In this document: positions 19,078 through 28,593 of the stretch, piece by piece | Numbering within the stretch: position 1 is the stretch's first letter | How the letters are laid out: each line of letters starts with the position of its first letter | NCBI GenBank assembly: GCA_040386535.1 | Contig: JAZKFH010000033.1 | Location: 1 to 64,000 of the forward strand | DNA length: 64,000 nucleotides | Reading direction: 5' to 3' | DNA from: Myxococcota bacterium | GTDB taxonomy: Bacteria; Myxococcota_A; UBA796; SXON01 | Translations under genes and position numbers: made by a program | Notes under the pieces: model-generated | Databases searched by the model: none | Told to the model about the DNA's origin: nothing | Seen by the model: the letters and a program-made list of their open reading frames with translations, nothing else

Positions 19078-20451
19078 TCAAACCGCCAATCGCGCCACCA
19101 GGTCCAACAGCGCCCGCACACCCCATTGGTAGCCCGCGACGGGGATGCGCTCGTCGTCGCCGTGGAACATCGCGGTGAACTTCGCGCCTTCGGGCAGCTC
19201 GACCGGGGAGAAGCCCCAACACTTCATCCCCAGCTTTGACCACGCCTTCGCGTCCGTGAAGCCGGGGATCATCGTGTGGAGCACCGTCGCGTCGCGGTCG
19301 TGCTCGGCGATGATGCTGCCGATGTGGGCGGCGATGGGGTCGTCCGGGTTGGTGAGCACCGGGGGCATCTCCAGATCGATGGTGATCTCGAGATCGTCGC
19401 CGTCCTTGCCGAGCAGGGCGCGAATCTCGCGCACCAGGTCCGCGCTGGTCTGGCCGGGCAACAAGCGGCCGTCTACCTTGAGGATGGCCTCGGCGGGCAC
19501 CTGGTTCACCTTGTCGCCGGCGCGGAGCATCGTCGGGTTGGCGGTGTTGTGCAGGTTCGCGTCGAACGTGTGGGCGAGCGAGGGCTCGGGGAACACGTTG
19601 TCGAGGATGGGCCCGCACAGCGGCGCGTGGAGGAGGCCGTGCAGGACGAGCCGGTTGGCGAGCGGCTGGTGGGAGGCGAGCTTGCGGATGAAGCGGTCGA
19701 CGACGGGCGTGACGTGGTGTGGCAACCGGCTGGTGCCGAGAAGGTGGGCCGCGCGCGCGATCTTGGGGATGGGGTTGTCTTTGTTTGGGAGCGAACCGTG
19801 CCCGGGCGTGCCCTTGGCGCGGATCGTCATCCAACACATCCCCTTCTCGGCCACCTGCACCGGGTAGAAGCGCTTGCCGCCGCTGTGCAGGGTGAAGCCC
19901 CCGATCTCGGAGATCGCGTACTCCGCGCGCACCTTGTCGGGGTGGTTGTCGGTGAGCCACATCGAGCCCCACGTGCAGCCCGCCTCCTCGTCGGACACAC
20001 CGGCGAAGATCACGTCACGCTTGAGCTTGTGCCCGGAGCGCGCCAACAGTTGGAGGGTGAGGCACTCCATCGCCACCATGTTCTTCATGTCGATGGCGCC
20101 GCGCCCCCAGATCCAACCCTCGTGGATGTCGCCGGAGAAGGGTGGGCGGCTCCACCGGGCGGGGTCGGCCGGCACGACGTCGACGTGGCCGGAGAGCAGG
20201 ATGGGCGCGCCGCCGGTGCCGTCGCCGCGGAGGCGGCACACCACGCTGCCCTTGCCGGGGATGGGCTCGAAGAGCTCGGGCTCGAGGCCGTCCGCGCGCA
20301 GACGGTCCGCCAGGAACGTGGCCGCCTCGGTGTCGTTGGGCGCGCGATCGGGAGAGTTGGTCGTGTCGATCCGCAGCAGCGCCTGCAGGAGGCCCACGGC
20401 CTCTTGCCCGGTGGCGGCCCAATCGAGGTCGGAGAGGAGGGGGTGGGCCAT
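19078..20451 (-). CDS. M20/M25/M40 family metallopeptidase (ArgE/DapE-like)
   Basis: GHVDVVPA, WGRGAIDMK, DEEAG, GHGS, GFTDA and HGDDERI motifs. Confidence 0.92.
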   Translation of the reverse strand: MAHPLLSDLDWAATGQEAVGLLQALLRIDTTNSPDRAPNDTEAATFLADRLRADGLEPELFEPIPGKGSVVCRLRGDGTGGAPILLSGHVDVVPADPARWSRPPFSGDIHEGWIWGRGAIDMKNMVAMECLTLQLLARSGHKLKRDVIFAGVSDEEAGCTWGSMWLTDNHPDKVRAEYAISEIGGFTLHSGGKRFYPVQVAEKGMCWMTIRAKGTPGHGSLPNKDNPIPKIARAAHLLGTSRLPHHVTPVVDRFIRKLASHQPLANRLVLHGLLHAPLCGPILDNVFPEPSLAHTFDANLHNTANPTMLRAGDKVNQVPAEAILKVDGRLLPGQTSADLVREIRALLGKDGDDLEITIDLEMPPVLTNPDDPIAAHIGSIIAEHDRDATVLHTMIPGFTDAKAWSKLGMKCWGFSPVELPEGAKFTAMFHGDDERIPVAGYQWGVRALLDLVARLAV

Positions 20452-20565
20452 GGGCCGAGGATACTACGCCGCCCCGCCGACGGCTCGCGGGACGGGCGGC
20501 TTGACAGCCCCCTACGATACGCTACGAGACAGCGCTTCGAGGGCCTCGCGGCCCGAAGGCAGCGC

Positions 20566-22230
20566 ATGAACAGGGTCGTGCCCGCGGAGGAGCCCGCCGC
20601 CGACACCGCGGGGCAAGATCCACGCTCCCTGGCCCTTCGCGCACGCATCCTGCAGGTGGTGGCGCTCGCCGACCCCGTCGCGGCGCTCCCCGAGCTCAAG
20701 GCCCGCCTCGCCGCCGCGCCCGCCGACCGCGCGGGCGAGGAGCGGCTGTTCGTCGGGATCGCGCACCGCCGCGCCAAGCACCTCCTCCCCGCGTTGTTGT
20801 GCTTCGACGAGGTGGAGTACGAGGCCGAGCGCGCCGACGACACGCTGCTGGTCATGTTCGTCAACCAGCAGCTCGGCATCCTCTCGGGAATGTTGGGAGA
20901 CCGCCATCGCGCGCGCGCGGCGCTCCAGCGCGCCGTCTCCGCCGCCGAACGCCTCGGCGATACCCGCGGGCTGGCCGTCGCGCTCTCGAACCTCGGCTAC
21001 CTGCACGGAGAGCAGCGCCAGACGGTGCCCTACCGCGAGCACACGGAGCGGGCGCTCGTCCTGTCCCGCTCGCTCGGCGACCGCTCCATGATCGCCAGCA
21101 ACCTGTGCAACCTGGGCGGCGCGTTGGCGAGCCTGCGCCTGTTCGACGAGGCCCGCGCCGTGTACGACGAGGGGGAACGCATTGCGACGGAGATCGGGTG
21201 GGAGATCGGCAAGGCCCGCTTCGTGTCCGGGCGCGCAAACCTGCTCTGCAAGGAGGGCGCGCTCGACCTGGGTGATCGCGTCTTCGACAGCGCGATCAAA
21301 CGTTTCCGCGACCTGGGCGACCACTACCACATCGCGCGGATCGCGGTCCAGCGGGGCAACTTCCACCTCGAGGCGGGCCGCCCCGCGAGCGCGCTCGGCC
21401 ACTTCGACGAGGCCTTGCAGCTGGCGGCCGAGTGGTCCTTCGACAGCGTGCCCGCCGACGTCCTGGAGAACCGCGCCGTCGCGATGGAGCAGGTGGGCGA
21501 CCAGGCGGGGGCGCTCGCCTCCCTCCGCGCCCTGCTCGCGCTCCGGCTCCGCGACACGACGGAGCGGGCGGTCGAGCGCGAAGAGGTGGCCAACGCGCGC
21601 GCGATCGCGATGCGCGCGCGTTGGCAGGCCGAGGACGAACGCCAACGGAGCCAGGAGCTCGCGCGGATGAACGAGACCCTGCGCGACGCCCTCGCGCGGG
21701 AGGAGGCGCTCCGGGCCGAGGTCGAGCGCCTCGCGCGGACCGACGTGCTGACGGGGCTCGCAAACCGGCGCTTCACCCAGGAGCTGCTCGATCGGGCGGT
21801 CGCGCAGGCGCTGCGGTCGGGCGCCCCCCTGTGCGTGGCGCTGCTCGACATCGACAACTTCAAGGCCATCAACGACACGTACGGGCACGCGGCTGGCGAC
21901 CGGGCGCTCGAGGAGATCGGGCGGCGCCTCGGCGGCGCGGTGCGGGCGTCGGACATCGTCGGCCGGTGGGGCGGCGAGGAGTTCCTGGTCGTGTTCACCA
22001 GCTCCACGTCCGAGGTCGCGCGCCTGGGCGCGGAGCGGCTCCGCGGCGTGATCGGGGGGGCGCCGGTGGCCGTCACCGGGACAGTGACCCTACCCATCAC
22101 CCTCTCCGCGGGCATCGCGCGCCGCGCGTCCGACGACCGCACCGCCGACACGATGTTGGCCGCGGCCGATCACGCGCTCTACGCCGCGAAGGCGGGCGGG
22201 CGCGATCGGGTGGTGGTGGCTCCGTCCTGA
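20566..22230 (+). CDS. TPR-containing diguanylate cyclase
   Basis: TPR-like helices; TDVLTGLANRR, DIDNFKAINDTYGH, RASD I-site and RWGGEEF. Confidence 0.92.
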   Translation: MNRVVPAEEPAADTAGQDPRSLALRARILQVVALADPVAALPELKARLAAAPADRAGEERLFVGIAHRRAKHLLPALLCFDEVEYEAERADDTLLVMFVNQQLGILSGMLGDRHRARAALQRAVSAAERLGDTRGLAVALSNLGYLHGEQRQTVPYREHTERALVLSRSLGDRSMIASNLCNLGGALASLRLFDEARAVYDEGERIATEIGWEIGKARFVSGRANLLCKEGALDLGDRVFDSAIKRFRDLGDHYHIARIAVQRGNFHLEAGRPASALGHFDEALQLAAEWSFDSVPADVLENRAVAMEQVGDQAGALASLRALLALRLRDTTERAVEREEVANARAIAMRARWQAEDERQRSQELARMNETLRDALAREEALRAEVERLARTDVLTGLANRRFTQELLDRAVAQALRSGAPLCVALLDIDNFKAINDTYGHAAGDRALEEIGRRLGGAVRASDIVGRWGGEEFLVVFTSSTSEVARLGAERLRGVIGGAPVAVTGTVTLPITLSAGIARRASDDRTADTMLAAADHALYAAKAGGRDRVVVAPS

Positions 22231-22249
22231 CCGGCTACGCGCTGACGGA

Positions 22250-22630
22250 CTACGCCGGGACCGTCGGCGGCTCGATCACGATGCGGAACTGGAGCGCCTC
22301 GTCGCCGGTGCCGCAGCTGCCGACCGCGGGCAGCTGGGAAGCGTCGAGCCCCTCGCGGGTGTAGCTCACGGTCAACACATGCTCTGAGACGACGCACGTG
22401 AACACCGCCGGGAAGGGCAGCCGCCCGCCGTCCTCCCCCGGAACCTTGCCCATCGTCGTGTGCACGACGGTGTACTCCACGTAGGCGGCCGCGATGAGAT
22501 CGGCCTTGGACGGGGTGCCGACCACGACCGGGCGAACGATCGCCGGGAGCGGCCGCACCGTCACGGTGGGGAGCGGCTTGGCATCGGCGTCCTGGCTGGC
22601 GAGGTGGGCGAGCAGGGACAGGGTCCACAT
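22250..22630 (-). CDS. Hypothetical secreted protein
   Basis: Short hydrophobic N-terminus; host-like codon usage; fills the gap between neighbours. Confidence 0.55.
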   Translation of the reverse strand: MWTLSLLAHLASQDADAKPLPTVTVRPLPAIVRPVVVGTPSKADLIAAAYVEYTVVHTTMGKVPGEDGGRLPFPAVFTCVVSEHVLTVSYTREGLDASQLPAVGSCGTGDEALQFRIVIEPPTVPA

Positions 22631-22680
22631 GGCGGGGCTCGGGCGAAGGGTCAAGGTAGCACCGGCCGGGCGCAGGGCGC

Positions 22681-24474
22681 TCACTCGCCGATGGGATCGA
22701 CGAGGTTCGGCGCCGCGCCGTCGCGGACCGCCCGCAAGAACGGCAGGAGGACCGCGGCCGCCTGGACGCTCTCGTGCACGGTGCTGTGGTCCGCGGTCTC
22801 CCATGCTGCGCCGGTTTCAGGTTGGGTCTCGGCCCACTGGAGCAGGCCGCCCGTGGCCCCGTCTGGCAGGTTTCCGGCGAGCGGGCCGGCACCAAATGTC
22901 ACGCCGTCGATTGGCAGGCGCTCGGCGCCCACCCCGGCGACACCCAACGCCTGGGCGAGCGCCGCGGTGGAGGAGTTGGGGACGATCGTGTCCGGAAAGG
23001 CCATGAGCAGCACCAGGTCGGGCCCCACCGTGGTGGCCCGGCGGCGGGTGAGGGCGGCGGCATGCACCAGCGGATCGCCCGCGTCGATGAGGGTCTGGAC
23101 CATGGGGATGGCGCGGGTCAGGTCGTCCTCGTCCCACTCCGCGGGCGTCATGACGGTGGCGATGATTCCGAAGCTGTCGGAGTCCAGCACGATCTTCATC
23201 AGGCCGCCGCCGGGCACGATGAGCGCGCCCGACTGCACCGCGGGGCTCCACGCGAGGAGCTCGGGCCCCATGATGCCACCCAGGCTGGCCCCCACGTATT
23301 GGATCCGGGTGGGGTCGAGATCGACTTGTGTGTCCCCGTCGACATCCACGCCGAGCGCCAGCGCGCGCACCACCTGGAGCTTGTCCCACGCGGAGGCACG
23401 GAAGTTGTCACGCAACACCAATGCGTCGAGGCTGGGCGGGGAGAGCGTGAAGCCGAAGAGCGCCATGATCTGCTCCAGGTCGCCCTCGGCGACGCGCAGC
23501 GGGTGCTCGCCGTGCTGCTGGGCGTCCACGCCGACCGTGGCAAATCCCTCGGCCGCGCTCAGCTCGGCCATGAATTGGCACTGGCTCTTGCTCCCTCCCA
23601 AGCCATGCCCACACAGCACCACCGGATACGGGCCGGGCACGTCGGCCGGTGGCAACCACACCGCCATGGGCATCGCGTAGGAGGATTGGACCGCGACGGG
23701 GCCCGCGGGCACGATGCCGTCGTCCCCGCGGTAGTCGCCCACGGTGAGTGTGCCGCGGCAGTCACGCCAGCCGCCCTCGTCGGCGCAGGCCATCGGGGCG
23801 TCGAGTCGGACCGTGCGCGTGTCGATGTCGGCGGCCACGGCGGCGTCGACGTCCTCGGCGGACTGGGTGGTGAACACGACCATGGCGCCGACCTCTTCGG
23901 GCGCCCATCCCAACGCGGCGAGGCCCTCGGCGTAGCGGTCGGCGAGGCGCACGGACGGGTCGGTCAGGAGGGTGCGGAGCGCGGGGGAAGGCGAGACACA
24001 GTCGCTCGCGGCGGGGTCGGTGCGCACCGCGAGGACGCCGCGGGCGCCGGGCGGCAAGGGGGACCAGGGCGTGACGGACAGGGTGCGGCCGTGCTCGAGC
24101 GTGGCGACGGTGGCGTCCGGGCGGGTCCACACGCCGTCGTGCTCGACGAGCAGGACTACGTCGGAGTCCGCGGGGAGCGGGTCGGCGAACTGCATCACCA
24201 GCGCGGGGGTGAGCCCGAAGCCGTCGAGCGTGCCGAGCTGGTCGAGCAGGTTGCGGTACGCCTCCGGGAACTGGGCGAGCGCGGGATCCTCGGTGGGGAA
24301 CGAGACGCGCAGGCCCGTGGCGGTGGCGGCGTCATCCACGGTCCAGTGGTCGTCGGGGAAGGTGTGGAACGCCTCGGCGGGCGCATAGCGGTAGGCCACG
24401 CCGCCCTCGCAGAAGGGCACGGGCTCGGCGATCTCGGGCGGCGGCGACGCGCAGGCGAGGAGGAGGAGGAGCAT
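22681..24474 (-). CDS. Alpha/beta-hydrolase lipoprotein (Pla-1/cef lipase-like)
   Basis: LDGFG N-domain motif, GHGLGGS oxyanion loop, GASLGG nucleophile elbow, downstream D and H candidates; LLAC lipobox. Confidence 0.85.
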   Translation of the reverse strand: MLLLLLACASPPPEIAEPVPFCEGGVAYRYAPAEAFHTFPDDHWTVDDAATATGLRVSFPTEDPALAQFPEAYRNLLDQLGTLDGFGLTPALVMQFADPLPADSDVVLLVEHDGVWTRPDATVATLEHGRTLSVTPWSPLPPGARGVLAVRTDPAASDCVSPSPALRTLLTDPSVRLADRYAEGLAALGWAPEEVGAMVVFTTQSAEDVDAAVAADIDTRTVRLDAPMACADEGGWRDCRGTLTVGDYRGDDGIVPAGPVAVQSSYAMPMAVWLPPADVPGPYPVVLCGHGLGGSKSQCQFMAELSAAEGFATVGVDAQQHGEHPLRVAEGDLEQIMALFGFTLSPPSLDALVLRDNFRASAWDKLQVVRALALGVDVDGDTQVDLDPTRIQYVGASLGGIMGPELLAWSPAVQSGALIVPGGGLMKIVLDSDSFGIIATVMTPAEWDEDDLTRAIPMVQTLIDAGDPLVHAAALTRRRATTVGPDLVLLMAFPDTIVPNSSTAALAQALGVAGVGAERLPIDGVTFGAGPLAGNLPDGATGGLLQWAETQPETGAAWETADHSTVHESVQAAAVLLPFLRAVRDGAAPNLVDPIGE

Positions 24475-24719
24475 GGGGGCATGGTAGGCGATGTTTGGGC
24501 TCGGCGCGTTCGGGGTGCACTGGACGATCCCGCAGGCCGCGGCTATCGTTCGCGCCGCGAGGTGTGTGTTGATCAGCTGGATGCAGGCGCTCTGACCGTC
24601 GGAACCACCCGCCCGTAGTGTCGGGCCGGTGTTCCGTCGTGTTTCCGCCCCCTCCCCGGCTCGCCGGTCGGTGGCGCCGTCTCGCCCGCATCCGCCCCTC
24701 GTCGGGGCCCGGACCTCCC

Positions 24720-25202
24720 ATGCCTCGTCCCCTCCCCCGGACGCTCCGGCTGCCGCTCCACGCGGTGGCTGGGCGCAACGACCTTTCCCGTCACGTCATC
24801 CGCACCCTCCACCCCCGCGCGTCCGACCTGCCGCGCACCATCCACGCGTACGCGTTCAAGAACGACGAACGCGACTTCGCCTGCGCCCTTCTCACCCGGC
24901 ACACCCGCCTGTGGTTGTTCCGCGCGCACCAGGGCGCCGCGTGTGGCGACTTCCTGCTCGTCGATCTCTCCTGCACCGACATCGTGAGGCGAACGGTGTT
25001 CGTCATCGACTTGAAGCAGGGGCGGTCGGTGCGCGAGGGGGGCACCGCCGGCTACCAGATGCGGTACGCAGAGCTGGGTGTGGCCGAGTTGGCCGCGCTC
25101 GGGGTGGTCGCGCCGGGGGCGGCGTACACCGTGCTCACGGGGGATGGGCGCGAGTTGTTGGAGCTGTTCGGAGGCGGGAGTGGGCGCAAAGTGGCGGCGT
25201 GA
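24720..25202 (+). CDS. Hypothetical protein, possible PD-(D/E)xK nuclease fold
   Basis: E...CGDFLLVD...VFVIDLK...AGYQ pattern. Confidence 0.6.
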   Translation: MPRPLPRTLRLPLHAVAGRNDLSRHVIRTLHPRASDLPRTIHAYAFKNDERDFACALLTRHTRLWLFRAHQGAACGDFLLVDLSCTDIVRRTVFVIDLKQGRSVREGGTAGYQMRYAELGVAELAALGVVAPGAAYTVLTGDGRELLELFGGGSGRKVAA

Positions 25203-25208
25203 CGCCGA

Positions 25209-25613
25209 TCAGAACCCGTTCGCGGCGCACTCGGCGGCGTCGGTCTCCACGTTTCCGGCGCACAGGCTGGTGACGAGGCGGCCCTCGCCGTCGAACGACG
25301 CGAACACGAGCGTTTGTGCATCTTCGACGAACTCGACGCCGCACGAGTCGCCGTCGGTGCCGTGCCAGACCTCGACCGTAGCGCCCAGGTCGCCCCGGCA
25401 TGCGTCGGTCACGGTGAAGGTGGTGACGTGGTTGGTGCTGACGGGGTCGGAGCCGCCGCCGCACCCCCGGGTGGGGGGCGTGGTGGGCCCGGGCACGCCG
25501 ACGAGGATGACATCGTCACCGGTGTGGTCGGGCGTGTCGCACGAGCACGCCCACGCGACGGCAGAGGCGAGCGACTGGGCGAGGGCGAAGGTGACGAGGA
25601 CGCGGCGGAGCAT
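25209..25613 (-). CDS. Secreted TIMP-like (NTR-fold) protein
   Basis: Signal peptide AWA|CSC; SCGVEF...LVFA...TSLC pattern; TATCGT-N6-ATG upstream. Confidence 0.7.
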   Translation of the reverse strand: MLRRVLVTFALAQSLASAVAWACSCDTPDHTGDDVILVGVPGPTTPPTRGCGGGSDPVSTNHVTTFTVTDACRGDLGATVEVWHGTDGDSCGVEFVEDAQTLVFASFDGEGRLVTSLCAGNVETDAAECAANGF

Positions 25614-25743
25614 TCGGCTACGATAGCGGGGGAGGACCCGAACGTGCAAGGATGGAAGTGACATTCTGCTGCTATACGTCGACCACCCAACGTCAGAGAT
25701 CGACACGCTTGCACGCCCCAATCAGGACCGATAGGCCGTCCGG

Positions 25744-26502
25744 ATGAAGAAGCTCTCCCAACCCCGCATGAGCTTCGCGGAGGCGATGTCCGCGCTCGAA
25801 GAGGCCGGATCCGAGCAGACCCGGAAGACCTACCGCCGCCACGGCATCACCGGGCCGATGTTCGGCGTCAGCTTCGCCACCTTGAAGACCTTGCGCAAGC
25901 GCATCGGCGTCGATCACGAGCTCGCCACGGCGCTGTGGGACACCGGAAACTACGACGCTCGCAACCTCGGCGCGAAGATCGCCGATCCCGCCCGGATGAC
26001 GGCCGACGAGCTCGATCGGTGGGCGCGCGGCACGGAGTCGTCGCGGTCCTGTGCGCCCTACGTCGCGATGCTCGCCGCCGAGGGGCCCCACGCCGCCGCC
26101 AAGGCCTCCCAGTGGATCGGCGCCGCCGCCCCTTTGGAGCGCTCTGCCGGGTGGGCGCTTCTCGCCCAGCTCGCGCACGGGGCGGAGCCCACGCCCGACG
26201 CCTGGTTCGAGGCCCAGCTCGCGGTGATCGAGCGCACGATCCACACTGCGCCAAACGACGAACGCGACAGCATGATCCGGGCCCTGATCAACATTGGCTG
26301 TCGCGACGAGGCGCTGCGGCAGCGCGCGCTCGAGACGGCGCGGCGCATCGGCGCGGTCGACGTCGACTACGGGGACACGGCGTGCGCGTTCCCCGACGCC
26401 GTCGTGCAGATCGAGAAGGCGTGGGCGCACTCCACCGCGAAGGGCTTCGAGTCGCCGGCGGCGCACGAGCGGACGCGCGAGCCGATGCGGCTGCGCTGCT
26501 GA
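25744..26502 (+). CDS. DNA alkylation repair protein (AlkD-like HEAT repeats)
   Basis: YRRHG...FGVSFATLK...HELATALWDTGNYDARNL...VDYGDTAC pattern. Confidence 0.85.
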   Translation: MKKLSQPRMSFAEAMSALEEAGSEQTRKTYRRHGITGPMFGVSFATLKTLRKRIGVDHELATALWDTGNYDARNLGAKIADPARMTADELDRWARGTESSRSCAPYVAMLAAEGPHAAAKASQWIGAAAPLERSAGWALLAQLAHGAEPTPDAWFEAQLAVIERTIHTAPNDERDSMIRALINIGCRDEALRQRALETARRIGAVDVDYGDTACAFPDAVVQIEKAWAHSTAKGFESPAAHERTREPMRLRC

Positions 26503-26922
26503 TTTGTGAGAGCGGCTTGGTAGGCGCGCGGGCGCCCCCGCCCCGCGGACGGGGCGGGTCGGTGCGCTTTGGGTCCGCCCGGAACGATATGTCCAGCACC
26601 GAGGGCGACGGTGGAGTGTGGCTGCACGAGGCGGTGCTGCGGGTGTTGTGAGCAGATTGGTAGGCGCGCGGGCGCCCCCCGCCCCGCGGACGGGGCGGGT
26701 CGGTGCCCTGTGGGCTCGCGGCGAGGCCGCTCGGTCCGGCGCGGCGCCGGGACCGCCCGCCGAGCGGGCGCCCGCCGGTCACCTGGCGCGGGAAAGCGGT
26801 CACAACTCGGGTGGTCCTTGTCGCGGACGAAGCCCGGGGCCCTGGCGCACACGGGGTGGGTGCGTTCGCCTTCGGTCCGGCTGCGGCATTGGCGTTCACG
26901 TGGGGATCGCGCGATCAGCGGA

Positions 26923-27072
26923 CGGCCAGGTTCGGCGATCATCCCGGATGATCCCCCCTCGGTGACCGCGTGCCGGCCAGGTTCGACGATCATCCCGGAT
27001 GATCCCCCCTCGGTGACCGCGTGCCGGCCAGGTTCGACGATCATCCCGGATGATCCCGCCTCGGTGACCGCG
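26923..27072. repeat. Three tandem 51-bp units with an internal palindrome
   Basis: Units start at 26923, 26974 and 27025; each has GATCATCC-C-GGATGATC. Confidence 0.9.
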
Positions 27073-27125
27073 GAGCGGGCGAAGCGCCGGGACCGCCCGC
27101 CGAGCGGGCGCCCGCCGGTCTCCTG

Positions 27126-27359
27126 GCGGTCACAACTCGGGAGGATGTCGACATCCTCGGCCCTTGTGGCCGCGATTGAGAGGGAAAGCGGTCACAACTC
27201 GGGAGGATGTCGACATCCTCGGCCCTTGTGGCCGCGATTGGGAGGGAAAGCGGTCACAACTCGGGAGGATGTCGACATCCTCGGCCCTTGTGGCCGCGAT
27301 TGGGAGGGAAAGCGGTCACAACTCGGGAGGATGTCGACATCCTCGGCCCTTGTGGCCGC
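27126..27359. repeat. About four tandem 62-bp palindromic units
   Basis: GCGGTCACAA starts at 27126, 27188, 27250 and 27312; each has perfect GAGGATGTCGACATCCTC and outer arms GCGGTCACAA/TTGTGGCCGC; degenerate copies near 26790 and 27990. Confidence 0.92.
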
Positions 27360-27378
27360 CGCGGCGCACTCGGGCGCG

Positions 27379-27951
27379 GTGACCTCCAGGTTGCCGGAGC
27401 ACGCGTTGGCAACCGGGTTGCCCGCGTCGTGGGAGCATTCGGTTACGATAGCGGGAGAGGCCCCGCAAGTGGAAGCGCGAACCCGCTATTCCAGCCCGGA
27501 CATCCGCGCCTTCGAGGCGGAGCAAGGGGTGGTCCTGCCGTCGGGATACGCGCGGTACCTGACGGAGGTGGGGGTGGGGCCGCGGCAGCCCGTTGGCGGC
27601 CCCGCGTGGGGGTGGCGCCCGGTGCGCAGGGAGCTTCCGATCAGCCTCCTGGAGGATTGGTACCAACCCTACTCGGAGCCCGACGAAGGCATGCTGTCAC
27701 GGGCGTTCGACCCGGACCAACGGGAGGGGCGCCTGCGCGCGGGCGCCCTGCGGGCGGTGAACCTCGGGTGCGAGACATACGGCCTGCTGGTGGTCACCGG
27801 CCCGTGCCGAGGAACGCTCTGGTACGACGCGCTGCATCTGAACAGCGCGGTGCCGTTGGTAACCGGGTTGGGGACACACCTCACCTTCGACGACATCGCC
27901 GGGCCGTTGGGAGGGGCGTGGCTGCACGAGGCGGTGCTGCGGGTGTTGTGA
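27379..27951 (+). CDS. SMI1/KNR4 (SUKH) family immunity-type protein
   Basis: DIRAFEAEQGVVLPSGYARYLTEVG and GCETYGLLVVTGPCRGTLWYD; start (GTG 27379) uncertain. Confidence 0.72.
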   Translation: MTSRLPEHALATGLPASWEHSVTIAGEAPQVEARTRYSSPDIRAFEAEQGVVLPSGYARYLTEVGVGPRQPVGGPAWGWRPVRRELPISLLEDWYQPYSEPDEGMLSRAFDPDQREGRLRAGALRAVNLGCETYGLLVVTGPCRGTLWYDALHLNSAVPLVTGLGTHLTFDDIAGPLGGAWLHEAVLRVL

Positions 27952-28051
27952 GCAGGTTCGCAGCGGGCGCCCGCCGGCCATCCGGCGCGGGAAAGCGGTC
28001 ACAACTCGGGGGGATGTCGACCCCCTCCGCAGTCGCGACGGCGGCCGCGTG

Positions 28052-28363
28052 TCAAAGCCCAAGGTGCACCGAAGGCGCCGGGGTCCCGACCTCTGCGTAC
28101 CAAAGCGCAGATGCCGCAAGGACGAGCCCGAGCGCCACCACCCGTGCCACACGCGACACACGCGACGCCTCGGACCAGCGCGGCGAGGGCCACAGGACGG
28201 CTGAGAGCCCGAGCAGCGCGAGCGTCAACCCTGACCATGGGTGACCCGGAGGCCAGCGGTGGTGCTTCAACGCGTCGGAGTAGAGCCAGACCACACCCAC
28301 GAGGAACACGACGCCGACCGCACGCTCGACCGGGGCGGACGTGCGAGGAACGCGGGGGACCAT
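28052..28363 (-). CDS. Small membrane protein
   Basis: Three hydrophobic segments; TATCCT-N6-ATG upstream. Confidence 0.6.
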   Translation of the reverse strand: MVPRVPRTSAPVERAVGVVFLVGVVWLYSDALKHHRWPPGHPWSGLTLALLGLSAVLWPSPRWSEASRVSRVARVVALGLVLAASALWYAEVGTPAPSVHLGL

Positions 28364-28593
28364 GGGAACAGGATAGCGCTCGGTAGCACGCCGGCCCAGC
28401 GGGGCCGGAGGGGCGCCGCCGCGGCGCGTCGGCGGCTCGGCGCCGACCGAGGCGTTTGCGCCGAGCCCGGAGGAGACGCGGCGGTGCGCTCGGGCACCGC
28501 GGGCCCCAAGTCGAGAGAGTCACCCAGTCGCTCGATGAGCACCGCTCCCCCCGTCGCCACCCCACCCGGTTAGCACGGACTCGGAGGCTCTCC

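Noticed and set aside
19276..20565. N-terminal extension of the GGDEF ORF (984 aa in the track)
   Set aside because: Antisense to the M20 peptidase; likely start is 20566
26923..27359. CRISPR array
   Set aside because: Units are nearly identical end to end with no unique spacers, and no cas genes are present
26640..28010. Integron attC sites
   Set aside because: GTTGTGA/TCACAAC arms do not follow the RYYYAAC...GTTRRRY order, and no integrase is present
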